A stretch of 64,000 bases of DNA from Candidatus Poseidoniaceae archaeon (GTDB lineage: Archaea; Thermoplasmatota; Poseidoniia; Poseidoniales; Poseidoniaceae). Below the pieces are notes generated by a model. It saw only the letters and a program-made list of their open reading frames with translations, did not search any database and was not told where the DNA came from. The DNA lies in assembly GCA_965662895.1 (NCBI GenBank), contig CBFIJH010000001.1, positions 1 through 64,000 of the forward strand, in the 5' to 3' direction. Below are positions 39,351 through 49,774 of the stretch, one piece after another. The translations under genes and the position numbers were made by a program. The first letter of the stretch is position 1, and every line of letters begins with the position of its first letter.

Positions 39351-39833
39351 ATGGTCAAGTATTGGCTCATGAAGTCTGAACTCGATGTTTACCCATACTC
39401 CCAATTGGTGGAAGATGGAAAGACGCATTGGGATGGTGTTCGTAATTATCAGGCGAGGAACATGATGCGTGATGAGATGGAAATTGGCGACTTCATTCTT
39501 TACTACCATTCGAATTGCAAACCCCCTCATGTTGCAGGGATTGCGAAGGTTTGTCGAGAAGGATACGGGGATTTTACCTCTTGGGATCCGTCATCAAAAT
39601 ATTTTGATGAAAAATCATCACCAGACAATCCACGATGGTTCATGGTTGACATCGAACCAGTCTGCGAGTTTGATACAATGGTTTCATTGAATGCAGTTCG
39701 TGAGGAGGAAGTTCTCGCAGACATGTTGCTCATTCGCAGAGGTCAACGGCTTTCGATTCAACCGGTTCAACAGAACGAATTCGAACATATCTGTCAGATG
39801 GGTGGCGTCGATCTTTCAATCCTTGACCGGTGA
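39351..39833 (+). CDS. EVE-domain protein
   Basis: YWLMKSE, WDGVRNYQARNMMRD, GDFILYYHSNC, SKYFDEKS...PRWFMVD, RLSIQPV. Confidence 0.93.
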   Translation: MVKYWLMKSELDVYPYSQLVEDGKTHWDGVRNYQARNMMRDEMEIGDFILYYHSNCKPPHVAGIAKVCREGYGDFTSWDPSSKYFDEKSSPDNPRWFMVDIEPVCEFDTMVSLNAVREEEVLADMLLIRRGQRLSIQPVQQNEFEHICQMGGVDLSILDR

Positions 39834-41053
39834 AATCCATGAATGAGATTCAGGCGACGGATCGTTCACTCAACATCGAGTATGCAATTCGAGATGTTGT
39901 TGTCCCCGCAACAGATCTGGAGGCACAAGGCCATTCAATCATCAAGTTGAACATTGGTGATCCAATTGCCTATCCTGGCCTGCCCACACCTCGGCACATG
40001 GTTCAAGCGTTTGCAGACGCATTGCACGACGGAAAAAACGGTTATTCTCCTTCCTACGGATTACCTCAACTTCGTCAAGCCATCGCCCGGGACGAATCGA
40101 GCAAAGGATGGAATGCGACATCCAACGACGTGTATGTATGTCATGGCGTGACAGAAGCGTTGCAAATCCTTTTTCAAGCCACATTGGAACGTGGAGATCA
40201 AGTTCTTGCTCCAGGGCCACATTATCCTCCCTACATGGCCTATCCGCAAATGTACGGTGCTGAAACAATCGAATATCGCTTAAATCCAATGGACGGCTGG
40301 TCGCTGGATTTTGATGACATTGAATCGAAAATGAACGACCAAGTCCGCCTTTTTGTACTGATTAACCCAAACAATCCAACCGGTGCAGTTGTTGGAAAAG
40401 AAGGAATTCATCGATTGTTGAACATTCTGAAACAATGGCCGAATTGCATACTTGTCGCTGACGAAATATACGATGGTTTGGATTTTTCAAATTCGCAAGT
40501 CAGTGCAGCAAGCTGTTCAAACGATGTTCCTGTAGTAACAATGAACGGCGTATCCAAAGTCTACTACGCTCCTGGATGGAGAATAGGATACATGGCTTTG
40601 CACGATCCAAAATCCGTTATTGCCTCTGTCCGAGATGGGATCGAACGCATTCTTCGGTCACGGCTTTGTGCATCGACACCAGCACAACTCGGATTCCTCG
40701 CAGGCCTAGAACAAGACCGTTCGTGGATGAAATCCTATAGTGAAATTGTGAAAGAGCGGCGAGATGTCTGCTTAGCCCGTATTTCAGAGATTGAAGGATT
40801 AGAAGTTGAAGTGCCCGAGGGTGCGTTTTACATGTTTGTCCGATTAACGGATGAAAAATGGAAAGAGAACGACAAGCAGTTCGTTCTTGACCTTCTTCAC
40901 GAAGAACATGTTCTTCTCGTCCACGGTTCAGGGTTCAGCAAAGAAAAAGGAAAAGGCCATGTTCGTCTTGTGTTTTTACCAGACGTTCCCACGCTCAACA
41001 CGGCATTTGATCGAATTGATTCTTTCCTTCAACGACACAGAGAACACAGCTGA
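39830..41053 (+). CDS. class I/II PLP aminotransferase (alanine aminotransferase-like)
   Basis: IEYAIRDVV, LNIGDP, GYSPSYG, INPNNPTG, ADEIYD, SKVYYAPGWRIG, PEGAFY; GTGA overlap with the EVE gene. Confidence 0.88.
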   Translation: MKSMNEIQATDRSLNIEYAIRDVVVPATDLEAQGHSIIKLNIGDPIAYPGLPTPRHMVQAFADALHDGKNGYSPSYGLPQLRQAIARDESSKGWNATSNDVYVCHGVTEALQILFQATLERGDQVLAPGPHYPPYMAYPQMYGAETIEYRLNPMDGWSLDFDDIESKMNDQVRLFVLINPNNPTGAVVGKEGIHRLLNILKQWPNCILVADEIYDGLDFSNSQVSAASCSNDVPVVTMNGVSKVYYAPGWRIGYMALHDPKSVIASVRDGIERILRSRLCASTPAQLGFLAGLEQDRSWMKSYSEIVKERRDVCLARISEIEGLEVEVPEGAFYMFVRLTDEKWKENDKQFVLDLLHEEHVLLVHGSGFSKEKGKGHVRLVFLPDVPTLNTAFDRIDSFLQRHREHS

Positions 41054-41097
41054 CTGGCGGCGAAGTATTGATGATGAAGAATCTCGGCCGTTACACC

Positions 41098-44000
41098 ATG
41101 CGGAAGTTGCTTTTGGTGTCGTTCATGACGCTCTTAGTTTTCATCCCTACAGCGTCAGCATCATCAATTGCTCAACCGACTGAATTTGACATCATCTACC
41201 TTTATCCACTCATGCTCGCATTGTTTATTGCAGCAATGCTGTGGAAATTTTTCGTTCCTCGACAACTTTCAGCCCTACAAGTCGCCTTCGAGATTGATGA
41301 CAACCTGTACGAAGTTCATCGATTGACGAGAAATGTCGATGACGCTAGGGATTTGCTTCAGCAAGGTCGTGTTGCTTTTGGTGTCGGGTTGTACATGATG
41401 GGTATGCTTGGAGTCTTGTTATTGATTTCTGAACTTCTCTTCCAACCGGATACATATTTCGAGCCAAATTTGTGGATCATTGGTTTGTTTGTCTTGATAC
41501 CTATTCTTATTTCACCTTGGGAAACCATGAACGCACAATTGGCAGGCAAGGGAGAAACTCGGGTAGGGTCAACCACTCTCGGAACGGGTGTTCGTCGAAT
41601 TCTTACACTCAGCATATTGCTTGGAGCTACAGCGATCACGCTTGTGTATGGAATGAATCAGAACAATGGAACGATTACACCAGTCTGGCTTGCGATCACA
41701 ATGCTCGTGTTTATGTCGCCAACAATTTTAGCATATGGTCGAATCATGGGTGCGTCCTGGAACATGTTGCTTGTTAACAAGTGGAGAACTGCGAGAGGAC
41801 GTAGGAACCCAATTGACCCGGATAAACCATCCTTCGTCAATCGATTGTTTTCTTTGCTCCTTGTTCTCTTCCTCATTACCATGCCAATTACTGCCCTTAA
41901 TGGCATAGTGACAGTGTTCCACGTTCTTTACAACAGCCCAGATAATGCAGAGGAAGTTCTGAATTTTGGTGGTATCATTGGTCACTCGATATATGTCCGG
42001 ATTGACCTCATCTCTGAGATCCTGTTCCATTGGGAATTCATAAAATCAATGCCGCAGTTTTTGTCGTTTTATTTGTCACTCAACATTGCAATTGTTGGAT
42101 TAGCGTTTATTTTTGAACTCACACGAAACCTGATTCTTGGAGGGCAAACCTTCGGGGGTATGTTTGGGGTAACGCTGGACACGCCTCGAGAAATTCGTAC
42201 CGAAGAATCAGCACAAGGGCGTCAAATTTCGTTCGCGTTTGCTGGCTTTTCTGGTTATACAGTTCTTCTACTCATCCTTGTCTGTTACAAGGAATTTGGA
42301 GACTTGATGCCGTTTACCTCTGATCTAGAAAATCGAGGATTTAACGAGGAAATGCGTCTTTTGGCAACTTGGATGTTTATCGCTGTTGGAAACGCTGTCT
42401 TTTTGTTCACATGGTTGTTATCGATTGCTCAACTTTCTCCACTGCGTCAAATCCGCTTCGATTTAGATCCAGAAGAGCGTCGCGAAGGTGCGGTTATGTT
42501 TGCCGGTGGCGATTGGATGCGAGAATACATCGACAATGCAGCTCTACAGGAAGATGTTGACAGTTTGATTCGGTTTCAAAAACAGGATATTGAGGGTGAT
42601 CAATCTCTGGTTCGACACGAAAAAGCACGTGCAAAAATGTGGGAATCTGCCATCCGTGGACTCTGGCCAAAGTCGATTGAAGAAGCCAAGAAGGTTCTGG
42701 CTCAGTCCGGCGGTGATGATGATGAGGCACGAATGCTCATTGCAACTGGATACATTGCAACACGTCGTCTCGATGCTGCACGAGGTGCATTGCGAGGATT
42801 GCAACAGCCGGAAGGTTACGATGAGCCTGAACTCCTCGCCTTCATGTGCGAATGGTTGGATCCTTGGCATGGAAGTGTCGATGAGGATGACCTCTGGGAT
42901 TGGGAAAACAATTCAACGATCGATCATCTCAACGAAAAAATGCGCATGTTGCGTTACTGGTCTCCTTCTTTTTCCAAAGAATCAATTCAACACAACGATA
43001 GGATTTCGCTTGTATCAATGATCTCCAACATTGCGACTCTCCGAATGCAACGTCGACACGAAGATGCATTGGAGTTGGCATTGGAAGCCGTCAAACAAGA
43101 CCCACTTGGTGTCCGCCCACGTATCGCTGCGTGTCTGTGCTTACTCGATCGAGGAGATTGGCATCAAGCCCTATCAATCTACAAGGAACTCCGTGAAAGC
43201 GATGTTAACGATCCTCGTGTCAAAGCATTGTCCGTTATTCTCGGTCACGAAGCAGATGCTGAAGACATCGAAGTATCTCTTGTTCTCGAAAAAGGCAAAT
43301 CACTTCGACGTTGGCTTGATGATGCTCCAGTTAACCCTGTAGCAGGTTTGGCAACCAAAGGAGGAATTGATGAAGCGATCAATGCCAATGTGATGATTGT
43401 GAGTCATGAAGCGGTGCGGCGTGGCATGACGCCTCGATATTCTTCCTCGCTGATTTCTCGAACCATACAATTTGTTCTTCTACCGATGATTTTTGTTCTT
43501 GCTGGAATTGGTTTGGATTCACTGTATGGGGCCGCTGAAGGCGCTGTTGCGACAATTACACTGTTTGTGTTGCAAATGGGCTTCCATCGATTTAATCGAC
43601 AACAACGAAAGCAAATCAAACACCGAGACCAGCGTTCGTTGATTGATTATGCAAAGATGATGAAACGTTCAAAGGTGAAACCCAGTAGGGAAAATATCCC
43701 TGTGGGGACTCATCTTTTGCTTTCGGGCATCCTCGTTACTGTCAACGGTGTTGTTCTTGATATCGGTCTTCCGGGTTGGCTTACTGAGCGATTGCCAAAA
43801 GATTCGGACAAAACAATACGCTCGAGACTAAAACGAAACGCAACATCCATCTCAAAAAACAAGCCTGGTAAGCTTTCAATCTTAACATCGGGTTGGTGGC
43901 TCAAGCGACCGAAGGAAGAAGATGCGGACACACCTGCGCTCGAGCGTTTGATTGGACCTGTAGCATACCGTGGACGGCAAACGATGGTCCAGAACAAAAC

Positions 44001-44151
44001 CACGAGATTAAATCGGTCAACGAGCATTGGCCCTAGCAAGTCTCCTGTTACTGATTTGAATCTCTCGAAACGGAATGTTCCAACCCATACGATAGCAAGT
44101 GAACGTTCAACGTACTCAGGTCCGCGGCGACCGGGTCGACGACCGAGTTGA
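41098..44151 (+). CDS. large multi-pass membrane protein with cytoplasmic TPR-like region
   Basis: Signal peptide MRKLLL...ASA, about 10 TM segments, helical repeats (EDALELALEAVKQDP, WHQALSIYKEL), basic tail. Confidence 0.7.
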   Translation: MRKLLLVSFMTLLVFIPTASASSIAQPTEFDIIYLYPLMLALFIAAMLWKFFVPRQLSALQVAFEIDDNLYEVHRLTRNVDDARDLLQQGRVAFGVGLYMMGMLGVLLLISELLFQPDTYFEPNLWIIGLFVLIPILISPWETMNAQLAGKGETRVGSTTLGTGVRRILTLSILLGATAITLVYGMNQNNGTITPVWLAITMLVFMSPTILAYGRIMGASWNMLLVNKWRTARGRRNPIDPDKPSFVNRLFSLLLVLFLITMPITALNGIVTVFHVLYNSPDNAEEVLNFGGIIGHSIYVRIDLISEILFHWEFIKSMPQFLSFYLSLNIAIVGLAFIFELTRNLILGGQTFGGMFGVTLDTPREIRTEESAQGRQISFAFAGFSGYTVLLLILVCYKEFGDLMPFTSDLENRGFNEEMRLLATWMFIAVGNAVFLFTWLLSIAQLSPLRQIRFDLDPEERREGAVMFAGGDWMREYIDNAALQEDVDSLIRFQKQDIEGDQSLVRHEKARAKMWESAIRGLWPKSIEEAKKVLAQSGGDDDEARMLIATGYIATRRLDAARGALRGLQQPEGYDEPELLAFMCEWLDPWHGSVDEDDLWDWENNSTIDHLNEKMRMLRYWSPSFSKESIQHNDRISLVSMISNIATLRMQRRHEDALELALEAVKQDPLGVRPRIAACLCLLDRGDWHQALSIYKELRESDVNDPRVKALSVILGHEADAEDIEVSLVLEKGKSLRRWLDDAPVNPVAGLATKGGIDEAINANVMIVSHEAVRRGMTPRYSSSLISRTIQFVLLPMIFVLAGIGLDSLYGAAEGAVATITLFVLQMGFHRFNRQQRKQIKHRDQRSLIDYAKMMKRSKVKPSRENIPVGTHLLLSGILVTVNGVVLDIGLPGWLTERLPKDSDKTIRSRLKRNATSISKNKPGKLSILTSGWWLKRPKEEDADTPALERLIGPVAYRGRQTMVQNKTTRLNRSTSIGPSKSPVTDLNLSKRNVPTHTIASERSTYSGPRRPGRRPS

Positions 44152-44198
44152 ACAGAGCGGTTCATAGACTTCATGAACCTCATTGTTGTGGTCGTCTT

Positions 44199-45491
44199 AT
44201 GTCCAAGCGAACACCTCGTGAATCCGTGAATGCTGTCTTGGCTGCATCTGCTCAAAGCACCAACCTCTATGGTCATGGCCTTGGTATGATTGCGTCAGAG
44301 AACATCATTTCCCCAAATGTCAAACGAGCAATAAATTCCGATCTTCATGGTCGTTATGCAGAAGGATTGCCGGGAAAACGATACTATCAGGGCTGTGATG
44401 ATTTCGACACCATTGAAACGATTGGAATCGATCTCGCAAAACGTGTCTTTCAAGCAAATTTCGCTAACATTCAATCAATTTCTGGTACCGTTTCCAACAT
44501 TGGTGCATTGAAGGCCTTGGCCAAACCAGGTGATTCGATTACTGCAGTATCAACAGCTGACGGAGGCCACATCTCACACGCTCGAATGGGTGCGGTTGGA
44601 TTGCGTGACCTGAACATCTCGACGTATCCTTGGGACGTCGATCGAATGGAGCCAGATATTGATGCCTCATGCCGACTCATACGTGAGGTGCAACCAAAAA
44701 TTACACTGGTTGGCCAATCTGTCTTCCTCTTTCCAACCCCGTTGAAAGAACTCGCAGATGCAGCCCACGAAGTTGGCTCGACGGTCATGTACGATGGTGC
44801 ACATGTCTTAGGACTCATTGCAGGAGGCGTATTCCAGGATCCTCTTCGAGAAGGAGCAGATGTTATGACGGGTTCATCGCACAAGACCTTTCCAGGACCA
44901 CAAGGTGGATTTTTACTTTCATCAAGTGAGGATTCGACATTCCATCGTCGTCTTAACAATGCTATGTTTCCGGGTGTTTGCTCTTCATACCATCTCCATC
45001 ATGTGGCTGGGAAAGTCGTAGCACTCGCAGAGTTTGAGGCATTTGGAAAAGCATATGCAAGCGATATCGTCCGAAATGCAAAAGCATTCGCGGAAAATTT
45101 AGCAGCGGAAGGCTTTGATGTTTTAGCAGAATCTCGCGGTTACACGGCATCCCATCAAGTCCTAACTCGGCATGGAGCAGTTGATTCAGGTGCAGGTGCT
45201 GTAGCTGCGAAAAAGTTGGAGGATGCTGGAATCATTACCAATATGAACATGCTTCCCGGGGATACAAAGGCCATGACACCTTCTGGATTACGATTGGGTG
45301 TCCAGGAACTCACACGTGTTGGTATGGGCGTAAACGAGATGGCTGAGGTTGCATCGATGTATGCTAGAGTCCTTGTTCACGGTGAGGATCCGAAACGTGT
45401 TCGTGGAGATGTGAAACATTTGAAATCTGATTTTCAGCACGTTCAATACTGTTTTGATTCTGAGTCAATGCCTGCCTATGAAGGGATGTGA
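44199..45491 (+). CDS. glyA: serine hydroxymethyltransferase
   Basis: MIASEN, RYAEGLPGKRYYQG, GGHISH, YDGAHVLGLIAG, SSHKTFPGPQGG, SGLRLGV. Confidence 0.96.
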   Translation: MSKRTPRESVNAVLAASAQSTNLYGHGLGMIASENIISPNVKRAINSDLHGRYAEGLPGKRYYQGCDDFDTIETIGIDLAKRVFQANFANIQSISGTVSNIGALKALAKPGDSITAVSTADGGHISHARMGAVGLRDLNISTYPWDVDRMEPDIDASCRLIREVQPKITLVGQSVFLFPTPLKELADAAHEVGSTVMYDGAHVLGLIAGGVFQDPLREGADVMTGSSHKTFPGPQGGFLLSSSEDSTFHRRLNNAMFPGVCSSYHLHHVAGKVVALAEFEAFGKAYASDIVRNAKAFAENLAAEGFDVLAESRGYTASHQVLTRHGAVDSGAGAVAAKKLEDAGIITNMNMLPGDTKAMTPSGLRLGVQELTRVGMGVNEMAEVASMYARVLVHGEDPKRVRGDVKHLKSDFQHVQYCFDSESMPAYEGM

Positions 45492-46510
45492 GGCTCATCC
45501 CACTGGGCACGGGTTTGCGAGCATCCCCCAATCTTGGAATCGTCAACCATGGTGCTCTCGGTGATGTCATCGTCTGGCGACAACACGAATTCCATGCATG
45601 GTGGAACGGATTTGAGCAGATGTTTGAACATCCCTTGAGCAGGATGTTCGTTAATGCAATTCTTGATTCGCTTGAATTCAAGCAAATTCTCAAGCCACCA
45701 AGAGGAATATTTGGTAAGAAAAGATTCAATTCTGAATTGACTCAATTGTGTTCTTCCTTAGGATGGGGCAAAGTCGCCATCGATGAACGAAGCGTCGCTC
45801 ATGGTGTGCATCCGCTGCTTTCTGTTGCATTCTGTCAATATGTTGTTGAGACGTACGATCAACAACGTTACAAAGTACGATGGACGGAGCCGTACCCCCA
45901 AGCTGTGCAACTTGAGATGGAAGAAACGGCGAGCGTGCCCAGCCCTAAGCCGAGCAATCATTTTCCTTGGTCGCGAAACAAAGAGAACATCAATTTCAAC
46001 ACGCCATCGATCGAAATTGAACAACATTCCCATTTCGACTTACGGTTGGAAGGTGAGCGTGTACTGATCGTTCCAATCGATGCATTTGACAGGTTTTTTT
46101 CCTCATGCTTGCCATATACGCCAAATTCTCATCAAGATTGGTTCAATTATGATGGCAAGCACGATGCGACTATCTCAAATCTCTTGGTTACAATCGTAAA
46201 GTCAATCGCAACCATGTTCCTACAATCGGAGCAACCGGTGTACATCATCGATGAGGCGAGCTGGGAAGCCTACATTCATCACTATCTCGTTGAACGTGGG
46301 TGGGGCAAAGCGAGTGAAATCGACTATGACGAATCGACGTGTGAACTCAATGCATCTTTCGTGGCTGACAAAAACCTACCATTCACTCTTGGGATGCTAT
46401 GTGGGATTTGGGAACGTGCCCACGGCCGAACCTGCCGTGTGGAATTGCAGCAAAAAAATGAAATTTTTTTCGTGAAAATTCAATCATTACTCCACTACCA
46501 AAACAATTGA
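45488..46510 (+). CDS. hypothetical protein with tandem V4R-like halves
   Basis: Internal duplication: LGWGKV and RGWGKA, LEGERVLIVP, FTLGMLCGIWE; GTGA overlap with glyA. Confidence 0.55.
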   Translation: MRLIPLGTGLRASPNLGIVNHGALGDVIVWRQHEFHAWWNGFEQMFEHPLSRMFVNAILDSLEFKQILKPPRGIFGKKRFNSELTQLCSSLGWGKVAIDERSVAHGVHPLLSVAFCQYVVETYDQQRYKVRWTEPYPQAVQLEMEETASVPSPKPSNHFPWSRNKENINFNTPSIEIEQHSHFDLRLEGERVLIVPIDAFDRFFSSCLPYTPNSHQDWFNYDGKHDATISNLLVTIVKSIATMFLQSEQPVYIIDEASWEAYIHHYLVERGWGKASEIDYDESTCELNASFVADKNLPFTLGMLCGIWERAHGRTCRVELQQKNEIFFVKIQSLLHYQNN

Positions 46511-46610
46511 CACCTCCGCTTTGACCCGACTTAAAGCGAGCAAAGAAGGTCAAGGTTCATAACCGAACCATGTCGTGGTGAGGCTCGTCAAGACGCGGAG
46601 GCTTCGTTAC

Positions 46611-49600
46611 ATGTCCCTTAACCACAATCAAATGGCTTATGCTGCAATTATTTCAACACTGATTTTTGGGTCGCTCTTTGTGGGTATTAGCGGGTTCTAC
46701 CAAACCTCCTCAGGGGTCGGTGATTTCGATAGCGCTGCAGAGGAAGACCTCAATCCAAACGTGGAGATAACTTCTGGCGATGCAATCGATACGGATGGCG
46801 ATGGGTTACCGGACGTGCTAGAGGAATCCCAATACGGGACGCTCAAAGACGACCCGGATACTGATAACGATGGGATGAGTGATGGATGGGAGGTTGAGCA
46901 CGGACTCAACCCTCTCGACAGCGGTGAATCTGAGATTGCTGAAGAAGAATCAGGCTCAACAAATACAGCTGAGGACGCTGAATCAAGCAATGAAAGCGAC
47001 TCTTGGCCGGACCCTACCCAAGGAAAGTATGGTGATCCAGACAATGACGGACTTACCAACGAACAAGAGGCTGAGTTGGGTACAGACCCGCAGCGTGCAG
47101 ACAGCGACAACGATGGTCTCAACGATCGTTGGGAGTCCTTGTACACGCAGAATGTCTCGTCGCCGGATGGTACCGTTACATTGTTCGATCCGCTTTCCGG
47201 AAACTGGAACTGTGCCCTCCTTAACGGCCCACTTGAACAAACGCTCGCAGACATGCTTGAAGGTTTTGAAGGTGCGCCAACATGGGAAGAATTGCAGAAT
47301 CCTCTCGGCAAGTATTCTTGCGATCAGGTTCTCGACTTCGACGATGACGGTCTCCTCAACTTCCAAGAAGAGGAATACGGCACAAACCCGGCTTCGAAAG
47401 ATTCAGATGACGATATGTTGCCAGATATCCTTGAAGTTAACAATGCGAACATGATTCTTGATTTCCAACTCGGTTCATCATGCGGTGAACCGCTGATCAC
47501 GCCTCCTTCACAACGTCTACCAACCGTTGCTCCGTTTGCTGATGAAGTGAGCGCATCATGGTTTTTGTCTGACATGGATGGCGATGGATATCTTAACGGG
47601 CCCAGTGATTGGGATACCGATGGCGATGGAATGCCGGATGGGTTTGAGTATTGTTTCTCGCAAAAAGACAACCACCCCTTTGCGAGTGTTAACCCGCAAA
47701 AAGCCACATCTGAGCGACTAAGTCCATCGAACGCATCTGACGGTTACAGCGATTGGGACGAAGACGGTCTAAACAATCTTGAAGAGTATCAAGTTGCGTT
47801 AAAATTCGGACTTACAAATGGTCTACCTTCGTTTACTTCTCCATGGACGGAAGATACGGACCAGGACAGCATGCCGGATGGTTGGGAAGCAACACAATTC
47901 AACCGTACAACGCTTGAGTACCCATTGAATCCCCGAAATGCAAGCAACGCAAATGATGACATCGATTTTGACGGATGGGATTCAGATGGTGATGGTGACG
48001 TCGTTTTTGATGAACTTGAACTCACGACAACTGTTGTCGACATCTATGTGGCGAAAGGCGACTATGTGACTGCGAACTCAACCGTTGCTCGAGGCCAATA
48101 CACGCTCGGAGGAGGCAACAAGCAAACCGTCTACCTGGTCGCACCTGTTGATGGTTACGTTTACCACATCAACGTCGCGCCTGGCGATCAGATCGAATCA
48201 AGATTGTTTGTTTGGATGAACATTGTTGAAGAATCTGAGAGATTTACCAATCTCATGGAATATGAGGCTCGACTTGATGAAAACGGCAATGAAGCCGGCC
48301 GTTCCACTGACCCGACGCATGGGGATACAGATCTCGATGGGCTTCTAGATGGTATCGAAGTTGGTGGTTGGGAAATTCTTGTTGTCAATCGTGGTGTTCA
48401 ACTTACTTGGGTCGTCTCTGACCCAGGTGTTGCTGATACCGATTCCGATGGTTTGTCGGACTTTGAAGAATTCTCATCTTCTTGTGATGGTCAAGGATCG
48501 AATGCATCCAATGTTGATACCGACGGTGATGGAGAAAGTGACCAACAAGAAGCCAAACTGGGCTACATGTTCAATGGAGAACAGTACTTCACATCAGCGT
48601 GTATGTTCGATACCGACAATGACGGGTTGGAAGACGGTGAAGAAGTAATCGCCGGGGCAGATAACTTCGTTACCCACGCAAACAATTCTGACACAGACAA
48701 TGATGGTCTCATTGACGGCAATGAGATTCTTTTCATTCCACGTCCATTCCAACACGAGACCAATCCACTCATCAATGACACGGATGCAGACGGCATGCTG
48801 GATGGATGGGAGATGCAGGTAAAATCGACTGAGGACAACACTAATTCTCACTCGCTTTGGGTTGCTGTCTCCAATTGGGATCGCCCTGGCTGTACTGAGA
48901 GTACTTCAAACAGTTGTCTCATGGAGCCAGGCGGCTATGTGTGGATCAACTGGCTCGGTGGTTTCCAACTGCAAAAGAAGTATGAAGTTCATGAAATGAA
49001 CCTCTCTGGTTTTGATATGCCCGGTAACCTGTTGTGCGATGGTTGCAAGGGACGATGGGCTCTCGACCCTTCCCTCAACTCATTGAAGGATGACACCTTT
49101 GACGTCGACAACGATACACTGCCGAATGGTGCTGAATCCCCCTCGAATTGGAACACAAACCCAGTGGATGATGATACAGACGGTGATATGTTACCAGACG
49201 GTTGGGAAGTACGATATTCCTATGAAGCCATCAACAACAATCTTGTCGACAACGCTACCGTAAGTGCTTATGGTGCACGTGGTGTCATGGACCCTTCGAT
49301 GAAAGACAGTGACCTGGATGGAATCAATGATGGTGAAGAAGACCCCGATAGTGACGGATTAAACCGCACTGGCCTGATTAAGAAATACTGCCCAGGGTAC
49401 AACGATTCGACCAATGCAGAGTGCAACATCGATCCTGATTCCCCTGATGGTATGAAATTTTACAACAACCTTGAAAATTATACAAATTTCGAAGAATTAC
49501 AAAATGGAACAAATCCAGTCAGCAACGATACTGATGGCGATGCTTGGGAAGATGGTCCTGAAGTTTACTACATGGATCACGACGATGATGGTATGGCAAC

Positions 49601-49772
49601 GGGTTGGGAATTCCACTTTGAGTTCGATCCATTTGATGGAGCCGATCGACTTGTTGATAGCGACGGGGATGGACACACGAATTACTGTGAATTCAAGTGG
49701 GATACGAACCCACGAAACCCTGTAAGCTTCCCTGGTCAAGGCGAGTTATGCGATCCATTTGAAGGTCAGTAA
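46611..49772 (+). CDS. membrane-anchored acidic surface protein with many DxDxDGxxDxxE (bacterial TSP3-like) Ca-binding repeats and an internal biotinyl/lipoyl-like domain
   Basis: N-terminal TM; more than 15 repeats such as DTDGDGLPDVLE, DTDNDGMSDGWE and T-N-P-x-x-x-DTD; SD GGAGG. Confidence 0.82.
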   Translation: MSLNHNQMAYAAIISTLIFGSLFVGISGFYQTSSGVGDFDSAAEEDLNPNVEITSGDAIDTDGDGLPDVLEESQYGTLKDDPDTDNDGMSDGWEVEHGLNPLDSGESEIAEEESGSTNTAEDAESSNESDSWPDPTQGKYGDPDNDGLTNEQEAELGTDPQRADSDNDGLNDRWESLYTQNVSSPDGTVTLFDPLSGNWNCALLNGPLEQTLADMLEGFEGAPTWEELQNPLGKYSCDQVLDFDDDGLLNFQEEEYGTNPASKDSDDDMLPDILEVNNANMILDFQLGSSCGEPLITPPSQRLPTVAPFADEVSASWFLSDMDGDGYLNGPSDWDTDGDGMPDGFEYCFSQKDNHPFASVNPQKATSERLSPSNASDGYSDWDEDGLNNLEEYQVALKFGLTNGLPSFTSPWTEDTDQDSMPDGWEATQFNRTTLEYPLNPRNASNANDDIDFDGWDSDGDGDVVFDELELTTTVVDIYVAKGDYVTANSTVARGQYTLGGGNKQTVYLVAPVDGYVYHINVAPGDQIESRLFVWMNIVEESERFTNLMEYEARLDENGNEAGRSTDPTHGDTDLDGLLDGIEVGGWEILVVNRGVQLTWVVSDPGVADTDSDGLSDFEEFSSSCDGQGSNASNVDTDGDGESDQQEAKLGYMFNGEQYFTSACMFDTDNDGLEDGEEVIAGADNFVTHANNSDTDNDGLIDGNEILFIPRPFQHETNPLINDTDADGMLDGWEMQVKSTEDNTNSHSLWVAVSNWDRPGCTESTSNSCLMEPGGYVWINWLGGFQLQKKYEVHEMNLSGFDMPGNLLCDGCKGRWALDPSLNSLKDDTFDVDNDTLPNGAESPSNWNTNPVDDDTDGDMLPDGWEVRYSYEAINNNLVDNATVSAYGARGVMDPSMKDSDLDGINDGEEDPDSDGLNRTGLIKKYCPGYNDSTNAECNIDPDSPDGMKFYNNLENYTNFEELQNGTNPVSNDTDGDAWEDGPEVYYMDHDDDGMATGWEFHFEFDPFDGADRLVDSDGDGHTNYCEFKWDTNPRNPVSFPGQGELCDPFEGQ

Positions 49773-49774
49773 GT

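Noticed and set aside
39351-39833. EVE protein as part of a modification-dependent restriction system
   Set aside because: Stand-alone domain with no fused or adjacent nuclease; its neighbour is an aminotransferase
44159-44179. GGTTCAT-N7-ATGAACC before glyA as the same operator as the purC palindrome
   Set aside because: Only 7 bp, different arm spacing, and TTCA is the common promoter core here
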